Assembly: GCA_963791325.1 (NCBI GenBank)
Contig: CAWBRU010000002.1
Location: 266,632-330,631 of the forward strand
Source: an uncultured Alphaproteobacteria bacterium
Lineage (GTDB): Bacteria; Pseudomonadota; Alphaproteobacteria; Rhizobiales; Rhizobiaceae
DNA: 64,000 nt
Reading direction: 5' to 3'
Position numbers and translations under genes: made by a program. The notes under the pieces were generated by a model that saw only the letters and a program-made list of their open reading frames with translations, was not told the DNA's origin and ran no database searches. Positions 18,694 through 28,108 of the stretch are shown here, one piece after another. Each line of letters starts with the position of its first letter. Position 1 is the stretch's first letter.

Positions 18694-19020
18694 TCAAATG
18701 CCTGAACCGAACAGCTCCTCGGCATCGTCGCCGTCCCAGGCACTCGGCATTTCGTCGCTGGACGGGCTGCCGGCCTTGCCAAGATCGGCGCTCGGCAGCG
18801 GCATCCAGCATTTCAGCTCGGTGTCGGCATAGGCGATGACTTGGCCGGGATGGGAATCGGCTGCCCGCCAGCCTTCCATGCCGAACTGGTCGGCGCGCGC
18901 CCAATAGGCGACGTCGACCTCGGCAGGACCTTGCTCGGATGAGCGGACGGTGACCAGGATGCGGCTGCCGTCGCGGGGTGCGGCCGTCATGTGACGCCAG
19001 CGAGCAGGCTCGTTCACCAC
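18694..19020 (-). CDS. hypothetical protein (108 aa)
   Basis: The ORF has coding-like composition and sits in a gene-sized gap. I recognise no family. Confidence 0.45.
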   Translation of the reverse strand: MVNEPARWRHMTAAPRDGSRILVTVRSSEQGPAEVDVAYWARADQFGMEGWRAADSHPGQVIAYADTELKCWMPLPSADLGKAGSPSSDEMPSAWDGDDAEELFGSGI

Positions 19021-19072
19021 AACGGTTCCTCCTCCCGGTTTTCCACGTCTCCTGGAATTGCTCTCGTGCCGC

Positions 19073-19765
19073 CTAGCCCTCGCCCGGCTGCGGCTCCTTG
19101 GCTTTCAGCGACGACAGCTTGGCAAACACCGCGCTCGGATCGAGCTCCTTGTCCTCGTCGCGCGGCTGCTGGGTATCGGCCGGCAACCTTTCCGTCATCG
19201 AGGCCGGCAGCAGCGTATCGCCGGTCGGCTGGGCCGGCTGCTGGCCGCGCGAGGCGCGCTGCACCTCGAGGTCGAGGTCGATCTGCGAGCACAGCCCGAG
19301 CGTCACCGGGTCCATCGGCACCAGATTGGCCGAATTCCAGTGCTTGCGTTCGCGGATCTGCTCGATCGTCGACTTGGTCGTGCCGACCAGACGGGAAATC
19401 TGCGCGTCCTTGAGCTCGGGATGGTTGCGCACCAGCCACAGGATGGCGTTCGGCCGGTCCTGCCGCTTCGACAGCGGCGTATAGCGCGGTCCCTTGCGCT
19501 TCTGGTCGGGCACCCGCACCTTGGGATCCGAAAGCTTCAGCCGGTGGTTGGGATCAGCCTCGCCGCGGGCAATCTCCTCGCGCGTCAGCTGGCCGGTGAT
19601 CACCGGGTCCATGCCCTTGATGCCTTGCGCCGATTCACCGTCGGCGATGGCCTTCACCTCGAGCGGGTGAAGCGTGCAGAACTGGGCGATCTGCTCGAAG
19701 GTCAGCGCCGTATTGTCGACCAGCCAGACGGCGGTCGCCTTCGGCATCAAGAGTGTGTTGGCCAT
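19073..19765 (-). CDS. DUF1013-domain protein (TrcR-like cell-cycle regulator family)
   Basis: MANTLLMPKATAVWLVDNTALTFEQIAQFCTLHPLEVKAIADGE ... PLSKRQDRPNAILWLVRNHPELKDAQISRLVGTTKSTI is the characteristic alphaproteobacterial DUF1013 sequence. Confidence 0.8.
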   Translation of the reverse strand: MANTLLMPKATAVWLVDNTALTFEQIAQFCTLHPLEVKAIADGESAQGIKGMDPVITGQLTREEIARGEADPNHRLKLSDPKVRVPDQKRKGPRYTPLSKRQDRPNAILWLVRNHPELKDAQISRLVGTTKSTIEQIRERKHWNSANLVPMDPVTLGLCSQIDLDLEVQRASRGQQPAQPTGDTLLPASMTERLPADTQQPRDEDKELDPSAVFAKLSSLKAKEPQPGEG

Positions 19766-20021
19766 GGCAATATCCTCTCGTTCGCCCGTGTCCCCCGCAC
19801 GGGCGGTGGTTCAAGCCACCGAATTGGGAAATCGAGAGCGTATATAGCGATCTTCAGGGGGCCGAGCAAGCCAATGTGCGGCCGCCAAATCCGGGTGCCG
19901 TTCAGTGGCATGCACCGCCATTTCCGCCGTCTCCACCGGTGCCGCAGTCCCGTTTCTTCGATCCCGGTCGCCTGCAGTCCGAAAACGGCCGGCACCGCCG
20001 CTGCGTTCCAGCCTTTCGCCC

Positions 20022-21062
20022 TCAGCCCACCTCGAGCACGATATTGCCGATATGGTGCCCGTCCTCCATGCGCTCATGGGCGCGCCAAGCCTCACGCAGC
20101 GGATAAGCCTTGTCCATCACCGGCGCGACACGGCGGGTCGACAGCAGCGGCCAGACCTCGGCCTCGAGAGAAGCTGCGATCTGCCCTTTGAACTCGGTGG
20201 TGCGCGGCCGCAGCGTCGAGCCGGTGTGGGTCAGCCGTTTCACCATCAGCTTGGCGAAATCGGCCTGCGCCACGGCACCCGCCTGGGTGGCGATCTGGAT
20301 GATGCGGCCTTCGACCGCGGCGGCGTCGTAGTTGCGCAAAACATAGGTGCCGCCGACCATGTCGAGAATGACGTCGGCGCCGCGGCCCCCGGTCAAGTCT
20401 TTGACAGCACTGACGAAATCCTCGCGGTGGTAGTTCACCGCCCGCTTGGCGCCGAGCCTCAGGCAGGCGGCACATTTTTCCTCCGACCCGGCCGTGGCGA
20501 TCACGGTTGCGCCGAACGCCTCGGCGAGCTGGATCGCCGTGGTCCCGATGCCGGAGGAGCCGCCATGCACCAACAGCGTCTCGCCGGCCTTCAGGCCGCC
20601 GCGCTGGAACACATTGTGCCAAACGGTGAAAAATGTCTCCGGCACCGCTGCGGCCTCGTTGAAGGACAATCCCGTCGGCACCGGCAGGGCGTTGCTTTCA
20701 TGCACCACGCTGTACTCGGCATAGCCGCCGCCGGGCGTGAGCGCGCAGACGGCGTCTCCGACCTGCCAGCGCCGCGCCTCCGCGCCGACGGCGGCAACCT
20801 CGCCAGCGACCTCCAGGCCGGGCAGATCGGAAGCGCCTTTGGGCGGCGGATAGACGCCGCGCCGCTGCAGCACGTCCGGACGGTTGACGCCGGCGGCGCG
20901 CACCTTGATAAGGATCTCGCCGGAACCTGGCGCAGGCAGCGGGCGCTGTTCGGCCTTGAGCACCAACGGACCGCCGGGCTTGGAGATGGCGACCGCGGTC
21001 ATGGTCTCGGGAATGGCGCGGTTCTGCCCGTCTTTGGCCATGCTGGTGGCCTCCTTTGGCAA
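20022..21062 (-). CDS. NAD(P)H:quinone oxidoreductase (zinc-type ADH superfamily, PIG3/Qor-like)
   Basis: ILIKVRAAGVNRPDVLQRRGVYPPPKGASDLPGLEVAGEV ... VHGGSSGIGTTAIQLA. The true start may be the internal ATG at 21002 (MTAVAISKPGG). Confidence 0.85.
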   Translation of the reverse strand: MPKEATSMAKDGQNRAIPETMTAVAISKPGGPLVLKAEQRPLPAPGSGEILIKVRAAGVNRPDVLQRRGVYPPPKGASDLPGLEVAGEVAAVGAEARRWQVGDAVCALTPGGGYAEYSVVHESNALPVPTGLSFNEAAAVPETFFTVWHNVFQRGGLKAGETLLVHGGSSGIGTTAIQLAEAFGATVIATAGSEEKCAACLRLGAKRAVNYHREDFVSAVKDLTGGRGADVILDMVGGTYVLRNYDAAAVEGRIIQIATQAGAVAQADFAKLMVKRLTHTGSTLRPRTTEFKGQIAASLEAEVWPLLSTRRVAPVMDKAYPLREAWRAHERMEDGHHIGNIVLEVG

Positions 21063-21134
21063 GCCTTTGGCGATTTGCCTCCAACCTATCCTGCTATGTA
21101 TTGTGCGGGCAAATCACGTGACGGGAGCCGGCCG

Positions 21135-21332
21135 ATGGCGATCTTCGAGGACGAACCCAAGAAGCCGGCGAAGAGCCATGAGATCGGCCAGGATCTGTCG
21201 CTGCTCTCGGTCGCTGAACTTCAGGACCGCATTCTCCTGCTGACGGCCGAGATCGCGCGCTTGGAGGCCGAACTGGCGGCCAAGGGCAGCACCAAGGCCG
21301 CGGCCGAGGCGCTGTTTCGCCGCGGCGGCTGA
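21135..21332 (+). CDS. DUF1192-family small protein (65 aa)
   Basis: MAIFEDEPKKPAKSHEIGQDLSLLSVAELQDRILLLTAEIARLEAELAAKGSTKAAAEALF is the typical DUF1192 coiled-coil protein. It lies inside an artefactual longer ORF. Confidence 0.7.
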   Translation: MAIFEDEPKKPAKSHEIGQDLSLLSVAELQDRILLLTAEIARLEAELAAKGSTKAAAEALFRRGG

Positions 21333-21391
21333 TGGCAGGCCGGCCATCCGGTTGCCCGCCGCGATAACTCTCCTCCAAGATCCGGAAGCCG

Positions 21392-22639
21392 ATGTTTGCC
21401 AGCTATCGTCCGATTCTGTCCCTGCTGCGCGGCACGGCCTTCCTGCTCGCCGCCTCGGGCCTGCACGGCCTGCTTTTGCCCCTGCGCGGGCAGGCCGAGG
21501 GCTTCACCACCGCTACCCTTGGCCTGCTCGGCACCGCCTGGGCGGCGGGCTTCGTCGCCGGCTGCTTTTTCGCGCCGCGCCTGGTGCGGCGCGTCGGCCA
21601 TGTGCGGGCCTTCGGCGCCTTCGCCGCATCGGGCGCGATCATTGCGCTGCTCACCGGCCTGCTGATCAGCGGGCCGATCTGGATTGCGCTCAGGATGGGC
21701 ACCGGCTTCACCATGGCCGGCGCGTTCATGGTCATCGAGAGCTGGCTGAACGAACGCGCTACCAACGAGAACCGCGGAACGGTCTTCGGGCTCTATATGA
21801 TGGTGACCTACGCCTCGATCATGGCCGGCCAGATGATCGTGGCAGCCGGCAATGTGCTCTCCGACAATCTGTTCATGGTCGCCGGCATCTTCTTCTGCTG
21901 TTCGCTGCTGCCGACGGCGGTGTCCTCGGCCGCCTCGCCCAAGCCGCTCCAGGATGTATCGCTCGACCTGCGCGGCCTCTATGCCAATTCGCCGGTATCG
22001 GTTGTCGGCTGCCTGCTGATCGGGGTGGCCAACGGCGCCTGGGGCACGCTCGGTGCCGTCTACGGAGCGCGGATCGGCATCACCACCGCCGAGATCGCCC
22101 TGATGATGAGCCTGGTGGTGGTCGCCGGCGCGGCCATGCAGATGCCGGTCGGCAAGCTTTCGGACCGCACCGACCGTCGCTACGTGCTGGCCGGCGCCTC
22201 GCTCGGATCAACCCTGTTCGGCCTGCTGGTGTTTCTGGTGACGCCGCGCGCAGGGGCCATCGTCATCACCATGACCGCGCTCTACGGCGCGCTCGCCTAC
22301 ACCCTTTACTCGCTCGCCGTGGCGCACGCCAACGACCACGCCAGGTCGGAGGATTTCGTCAAGGTGTCGAGCGGCCTGCTCCTGCTCTATGGCTTCGGAA
22401 CGATGATCGGCCCGATGCTGGGCGCGCTGCTGATGGGCTTGCTGCGCCCCGAAAGCCTGTTCCTCGCCACGGCCCTGGCGCACGGGTCGCTTGCCGGCTA
22501 CACGGCGCTGCGCGTCACCAAGCGGGCGCCGATACCGCCCGAAGAGCGCGAAGCGTTCCAGGGGCTGCCGGCCGACCGCGCGGTGACGCCGGAGGCGCTG
22601 CGCCTCGACCCGCGCGGCGAGGTCGAACAAGCCGGTTGA
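21392..22639 (+). CDS. MFS transporter
   Basis: 415 aa with about 12 hydrophobic segments and an MFS-like loop (RLVRRVGHVRAF). Confidence 0.85.
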   Translation: MFASYRPILSLLRGTAFLLAASGLHGLLLPLRGQAEGFTTATLGLLGTAWAAGFVAGCFFAPRLVRRVGHVRAFGAFAASGAIIALLTGLLISGPIWIALRMGTGFTMAGAFMVIESWLNERATNENRGTVFGLYMMVTYASIMAGQMIVAAGNVLSDNLFMVAGIFFCCSLLPTAVSSAASPKPLQDVSLDLRGLYANSPVSVVGCLLIGVANGAWGTLGAVYGARIGITTAEIALMMSLVVVAGAAMQMPVGKLSDRTDRRYVLAGASLGSTLFGLLVFLVTPRAGAIVITMTALYGALAYTLYSLAVAHANDHARSEDFVKVSSGLLLLYGFGTMIGPMLGALLMGLLRPESLFLATALAHGSLAGYTALRVTKRAPIPPEEREAFQGLPADRAVTPEALRLDPRGEVEQAG

Positions 22640-22670
22640 GATTGCCGCGGCTTTGCCGCACAACAGTGCG

Positions 22671-22937
22671 ATGAACGCCCACGATGCCTTCATCGCCATC
22701 GCCGACGCCAACCGCCGCCATCTGCTGGAGGAGCTGCGCCGCGGCGAAAAGACGGTGAACCAGCTGGCGGCCGGCCTGCCGGTGTCGCGTCCGGCGGTGT
22801 CCCAGCATCTCAAGGTGCTGCTCGATGCGGGGCTGGTCAGCGCCCGGGCCGAGGGCACCAAGCGCTTCTACACCGTCGATGCGGCGGGCTTCACCCACCT
22901 CAATCTCTGGCTCGACCAGTTCTGGGCCGGACCCTAG
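22671..22937 (+). CDS. ArsR/SmtB-family transcriptional regulator
   Basis: FIAIADANRRHLLEELRRGEKTVNQLAAGLPVSRPAVSQHLKVLLDAGLV is a winged HTH. ATG at 22671; the ORF track uses a TTG at 22653. Confidence 0.8.
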   Translation: MNAHDAFIAIADANRRHLLEELRRGEKTVNQLAAGLPVSRPAVSQHLKVLLDAGLVSARAEGTKRFYTVDAAGFTHLNLWLDQFWAGP

Positions 22938-23228
22938 TCCAGAGGAAAGCGCCGCTTGCCGACCTGGGCTGGCTGTGCCGCCCGGTCGGCTCGACTGCAG
23001 GAGCGTGTTGTTTACTGCATCGTCAGCGATAACTGCTGCGCTATCGGCATGAAAGCCTGAGAGAACGGTGAGGCGGGAGAGGCACGCAACGGCTTGGCGC
23101 CGAGAGCGGGCGTCGGATAGAGCTTAAGATGGCAACCGCGCGTCGGACAGGTTTGAGATCCCGATGATGATCCCGGTGGAGATGAAGAATGCCGAATAAG
23201 TCTGCGGGAGGAAGCAGCACCCTCGACC

Positions 23229-24185
23229 ATGCCCCTGCTGAATGCTCTCAGGGTATTCTGCGCGGCGGGCCAGGCAAGTAGTGTCGGCAAGGCTGCCGAA
23301 AGGCTTGGAATTACGTCATCGGCGGTAAGCCAGCAGATCAAGAACCTGGAAGATTGGCTCGGTATGCCGTTGTTTGACCGCGAGCCCGGCGGGGTGTCGC
23401 TGAACGAGGTCGGTCAGCGGTATTATGACAAAGTCTGGCAGGCGCTTGCGCTCATCGGGAGCGCAACCTCTGAGATCCGAGGCAACGGCGAGCAGGGAAC
23501 GCTTCGGGTCTCCATCCTGCCTTCCTTCGCATCGCTCTGGCTGTTGCCGCGACTGCCGACCTTTCAGGACGCCTATCCCGACGTGACGATCGCCATCGAG
23601 ACAAGCAACCAGCTCGTCGACTTCAGCCACGGATACTCTGATGTCGCCATTCGTTTCGGATCGGGCAAGTACCCGGGTTTGCGAGCCGAGCGGCTGCTGT
23701 GCGAGAGTTCGAATGTCGTTTGCACGCCCTCGACCTTGTCCAGTCATCTTCACGACAATGGAGAAGTCGACGACCTCGATATAGCGCGGCTGCGGTTCGT
23801 GAACGACCGTGGCAAAACCGGGACGGCACTCAAGCCGGAGCTGTCCGATTGGCTGCGGGCAAACGAACGCGAGGAGAGCGAGCCGAAAATGGACACCGCG
23901 TTCTCCGACAGCAGCCACGCCATCCAGCACGTGCTGCGAAACGGCAGCTTCATGCTTGCGCGGCGCAGCCTGGTGGACGCCCAGCTTCGTGATGGACGCC
24001 TTGTTGCTCCGCTTGGCAAGTGGATTCCGGAAACCTCTGCGTATTTTGCAGTCTATCCCGAGCACCGCGAGCTGCGTCCCGTTGGGCGATTGTTTCTTCG
24101 ATGGCTGAAAAAGGCCTGTGCCGATGATCATCTCGGGTGCCCGACGCAGGATGACGAGGTGAAGTACGGCCTTCCTGGCCAGTAA
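23229..24185 (+). CDS. LysR-family transcriptional regulator (GcvA-like)
   Basis: LNALRVFCAAGQASSVGKAAERLGITSSAVSQQIKNLEDWLGMPLFDR is the HTH; a LysR substrate-binding domain follows. Confidence 0.85.
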   Translation: MPLLNALRVFCAAGQASSVGKAAERLGITSSAVSQQIKNLEDWLGMPLFDREPGGVSLNEVGQRYYDKVWQALALIGSATSEIRGNGEQGTLRVSILPSFASLWLLPRLPTFQDAYPDVTIAIETSNQLVDFSHGYSDVAIRFGSGKYPGLRAERLLCESSNVVCTPSTLSSHLHDNGEVDDLDIARLRFVNDRGKTGTALKPELSDWLRANEREESEPKMDTAFSDSSHAIQHVLRNGSFMLARRSLVDAQLRDGRLVAPLGKWIPETSAYFAVYPEHRELRPVGRLFLRWLKKACADDHLGCPTQDDEVKYGLPGQ

Positions 24186-24416
24186 GGCCCGTCCGAGCTG
24201 AGGGACGAGCTCATAATTTTGTGAGTTCGCTTTCACCAAAGGCAACAGAGACCTTTGGTGGGGTGTTATGTGCGCTGTCTGCCGGCAGCTCCTGGTTCGC
24301 AGGGACGCGCTAGAACCCCTCGTGCGACTGATATCGCCTCCACCGGGCTCAGCGGGAGCCTAGGGGGCGCAGCACGCCATGCCAGAAGACAAGAGTGCCG
24401 GCAAATTCGCTCCCAT

Positions 24417-24800
24417 ATCATCGCTCTGGTTCAGGTCACCATCGACGTGGTGATGCTCGCGCCGCTGGCCGACTTCAGCGCCGTGCCGGCGATCAACGGG
24501 GTGCAGTGGAGCTATCTGGTGATCCTGGGCGGCGTTCACACCTGCCTGATGTATATTCTGATGTATTCGGCCTTTCAAAAGCTCCCAACTCCGCTCATCG
24601 CTGTCATGTCCTTTATCTATCCGGTCGTTGCGATCATCGTAGACCGGGTGTTCTTCGGACACGTGCTGTTGCCGTTGCAGTTTTTCGGGATCGCTTTGAT
24701 TCTGCTGGGCGGCTTCGGCGTCAACCAGAACTTGGGTCTTCGCATCCTGTCGTGGCGCCGCGCGGCCAATGCTGCGGCATCTCAAGGGCGATCCAAGTAG
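24417..24800 (+). pseudogene. 5'-truncated EamA/DMT-family transporter remnant (C-terminal half only)
   Basis: Only the last ~125 aa are transporter-like (WSYLVILGGVHTCLMYILMYSAFQKLPTPLIAVMSFIYPVVAIIVDRVFFGHVLLPLQFFGIALILLGG). The upstream part of the ORF is Arg-rich nonsense. Confidence 0.6.
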
Positions 24801-24828
24801 TCGAGCCTCCAGCCCGGTCGGGTCCGCG

Positions 24829-25855
24829 CTAAGGTCGTGCCTGCCTGGTCGAGCCGCGGACCGTAAGGGTCAGTCCGAGGACGAGCGGCTTCTGCCGGCG
24901 CGGCCGGGCGCTCTTCAGCTGCTTCAGGAGAAGCTCGATCGAGGCGCGGCCGATAGTTTCGGCGGGAATGGCGACCGTGGTCAGTTCCGGCGTCAGCATG
25001 CGGGCAAAGGCGATATCGTTGAAGCCGACCACCGACAGCTCGTCCGGAATGGCGCGACCGAGCTTGTGGGCGGCACGATAGGCTGCCGCAGCCAGCAGAT
25101 CGTCGTCGCAGAACAGCGCGGTGATCGGCTGTGCCGCAAGCAGCGCCTCGGCTGCGCGCATGGCGCTGTCGAGATCAAAGGTGGTGACCGCCCGCCAGGC
25201 CGGATCGAAGCAAAGGCCGTGACGGGCCAAATTCTGCAGGAAGCCGTCGAAGCGGCGGCTGAACGTGGCCCTCTCATAGGCGGCGGCCAGATAGCCGATG
25301 CGGGTGTGGCCGAGGCCCGCCAGGTGATCGACGATCGCCTCCATCGCCCCGGCAAGGTCGAGATCGATGCCGCTCGCCTTCAGATCCTTCGAACTCGACG
25401 AGCAGGATCTTGCGTCGAACGGCAACCGGCCGCCGTTCGATCGCGCCGTCGCTGGCATAGACGATGCAGCCGGCGATCAGCCGGCTGTCGATCATGCCGA
25501 GCAGGCGATCGACCCAAGCCGGGTCGTTGCTGATGTCGATCAGCAGCACACCATGATTGTTCTCTCGCGCGGCGAGTTCGGCGGCAACCAGCACCTGACC
25601 GAAGAAAGGCTGCTGCACATCCGGAACGGCGAGCCCCAACAGCTTGAGCACGCCGGTGCGTAGCATCTGCGCCGAAGCGTTGGGGTGGTACCCCAGTTGC
25701 CGGGCGGTCTTCTCGACCAGCGTCTGGGTCGCTTTCGACACGCGGCCCTCGGCCTTGCCCGACATCACCAGCGAGACTGTGGATTGCGAGACACCGGCAG
25801 CCTTGGCCACCGAGAAGCTGGTGATCGAACGCGGGGGTCGGACTGCCTTGGTCAT
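24829..25855 (-). pseudogene. LacI-family transcriptional regulator with a 1-nt frameshift near 25390
   Basis: The HTH is ITSFSVAKAAGVSQSTVSLVMSG...ARQLGYHPNASAQMLR. The ligand-binding domain continues in the frame of ORF 24829..25458 (HLAGLGHTRIGYLAAA ... SVVGFNDIAFARMLTPELTTV). 1027 nt minus 1 gives 342 codons. Confidence 0.75.
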
Positions 25856-25926
25856 GGATCCGGTGCTCGTATGCTGTTGCTCATACGTACTCCGGCCAAG
25901 CCGATCAAGCGCGGAGATGATGGACA

Positions 25927-26022
25927 TCATACGAATGACACGATGGCGCCGGCCGGTGCGCCGCAGTCCTTTCCCAGACGGGTAGTCATACGTATGACAA
26001 AATCGTTCGTCATACCTATGAC
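25927..26022. promoter_or_regulatory. three CG-centred palindromic operator-like sites upstream of the LacI-family gene
   Basis: TCATACGAATGAC (25927-25939), the perfect palindrome GTCATACGTATGAC (25985-25998) and GTCATACCTATGAC (26009-26022). They lie 72-167 bp upstream of the start at 25855. Confidence 0.45.
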
Positions 26023-26096
26023 TAATTTGAAAGTGTTTCTTATTTTTTTGAGGCAATGCCGGGTTGCAATATAAAGCCGTATGATGGCATGAAAGG

Positions 26097-26123
26097 TTGA
26101 CTGTCCTATGAGAGGACAGTCAA
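26097..26123. other. perfect 11-bp-stem hairpin/inverted repeat TTGACTGTCCT-ATGAG-AGGACAGTCAA
   Basis: Read directly from the sequence. There is no flanking T-run, so the function (operator, RNA structure or terminator) is unknown. Confidence 0.4.
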
Positions 26124-26214
26124 GCAGCCTGACCTGGAGCACGAGCCGGAAACGCGGTCCGATTGCCGAACAAACGCGAAACGTTTTTGGGCGACGATGG
26201 CGCTCAATCGAAGG

Positions 26215-26312
26215 ATGAGCAACTCCGGGAAAAGTGGAAACGGTTTTCCGTCCGGAATTACAGAAAAGCAAAGACTTAGAGGGGAGCACCGGTTCGAGGA
26301 AACGGTGATCCG
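26215..26312 (-). repeat. ~95-bp intergenic repeat, copy 3 (inverted orientation)
   Basis: The reverse complement reads GGATCACCGTTTCCTCGAACCGGTGCTCCCCTCTAAGTCTTTGCTTTTCTGTAATTCCGGACGGAAAACCGTTTCCACTTTTCCCGGAGTTGCTC. Confidence 0.7.
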
Positions 26313-26460
26313 CTCGAGCAGCTTCAATGCGAAACGCCCGTCCGTCCGCTGTGTCGCACTGCGCTGCAACTCTATGCGCGCGCTCGGACGGAAAGCCTCG
26401 GCCCTCGCCGTCCGCGGCGATCGCAAGGCCACCAAATCGTGCTCCTCGAGGAGGACTTGA

Positions 26461-27932
26461 GTGATGGAGACTCGCGCCGCCCTTAGCCTTCGTATCCCCA
26501 GCGCAGCTACCCCTTGCGCCATGCTCGGGCCGCTGCCGAGGCCGGTCGGCCTGGCTCAACGTCATTTGTTCGGCGAGCGCATGCGCGCTCTGCTCGGACC
26601 CGGCCGGGCCTGGCGTCCGACAGACGACTGCGGCGGTGTCGTCAAGCATATCCTCACTCTCGAGCCGCCCGCCGCGCGATCGTTGGGCGTTGCGCGCCCG
26701 TGTTCGACCGCCGAAGTGGCGGCAGTGATCGGCCTCTGCAGCGAGTTCGGCGTTCCGGTCGTCCCGAATTGCGGCCTCGGCGGCGACAGCACCCACATCG
26801 ATCGGGGAGATGCTGGGCCGGGCATTGGGTTGTCGCTTGCCCGCATGAATTGCATCGAGGCGATCGATCCAATCAACTTCACTGTCACCGTCGAGGCAGG
26901 TGTCACGCTGGAAGCGCTGACCGAGGCTCTTTCCGGCGAAGGCCTGGCGCTGCCGGCGAGCATCGATGCCGACCGCGGCGCTCAGATCGGCACCCTGATC
27001 GGTGTCGATGCCGGCGATCAGCGCGCACGCATGCACGACATCGTGCTAACTCTCGACGTGGTTCTGCCCGACGGGAAGCGCTGGGAAGGCGTCGACGCCC
27101 CGGCCGGGGCGGATTCGACGGACCACCTGCGGCATCTCTTCTGTGGCGCGCACGGCGCGCTGGGCATCGTCACCCGGGCCGTCCTGCGCGTGGCGCCCGC
27201 CCCCGTCTGCCGGGCCGCCGTCCTGGTTGCCGTCGACGACCTCGCAGCGGCGGTCAAGATCGCGGTGCTGTTGCGCATCTGGGCGAACGACTTCCTGCGC
27301 AGCATAGATTTCTTCTGCGAAGACAGCCTGGCCTCGGTGCTCGCCGCAACGCCCGCACGGGTGCGGCCGCTGACAACCACGTCCCATATCTATCTGCTCG
27401 CCGAACTGGCGAGTTGCTTGAAGACGCTCCGCTGGCCGGCCTCCTCGACAAAGTCTTGGCCTTCGCCGAGACCGACGGCGCAATCTTGGATGCTGCGGTC
27501 GCCTTGGATGATCCGCAAATCGCTGACTGGCGGCAGTTGCTCGAACTTATGTCGAAACCCGATGACGCCGCCGGGGTCGGCTCCCTTGCTCGTACCATCA
27601 TGGTGCCGCTGGCCGAGCTTCCGGCCTGCATGAACGCCATCCGCGCCGCCGTCAACGGCGTGCTGCCGGGGGTGCGCGTCCATGGTTTCGGCCAGCTCGA
27701 CGGCGCCGTCCGGGTGCGCCTGCTGCCGCCAAGTGGGCAACACGACTTCGCCGGGCGCGACCGGCTGCTGGCCGGAGCCCTCGACTGCGCCGCCCGCGTC
27801 GGCAAGGGGCGGCTGATCGGCAGCGATGACGCCGCAGCCGACGGCGCGACCACGATCGACCGCAGCCTGATGCGGCAGATCAAGGCGACGCTCGACCCCA
27901 AGAACATCCTTCAATCCGCTCAGGTCCGATGA
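26461..27932 (+). pseudogene. FAD-linked oxidase (GlcD/D-lactate dehydrogenase-like), divergent, with a frameshift near 27410
   Basis: The FAD-binding-domain-like part (STAEVAAVIGLCSEFGVPVVP ... VTVEAGVTLEAL ... LFCGAHGALGIVTRAVLRV) is in frame 1. The C-terminal domain (LLEDAPLAGLLDKVLAFAETDGAILDAAVA ... IKATLDPKNIL) is in frame 0. Several canonical motifs look degenerate. Confidence 0.6.
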
Positions 27933-28082
27933 CCGCGAGCTGATCCCCCGGCACGGAAACGTCCGCCGGTCGCGTTGCTGGCTGCAGCGGCGCCGCCCCT
28001 ATGGCTCGTGCATAAGCGCTGCAACCTTGCATAGAGGCGGCCAGCAACAACTGCACGGCACAGTTGGTGGCAATTAGTCTGC

Positions 28083-28108
28083 CATATGATCTAATCATAT
28101 GATTGTCA
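28083..28108. promoter_or_regulatory. AT-rich palindrome cluster upstream of autotransporter 1
   Basis: CATATGAT (28083-28090), the perfect palindrome AATCATATGATT (28093-28104) and TGATTGTCA (28100-28108). They lie 44-69 bp upstream of the 28152 start. Related sites occur at 43380, 54065, 58378, 59406, 60979 and 60990. Confidence 0.35.

Noticed and set aside
19780-19835. tRNA-like stem-loops upstream of the DUF1013 gene (CCCGTG-TCCCCCG-CACGGG followed by CGGTGG-TTCAAG-CCACCG)
   Set aside because: The loops do not fit tRNA rules: there is no U33 and the T-loop is 6 nt. No acceptor or D arm is present. It is more likely 5'-UTR structure.
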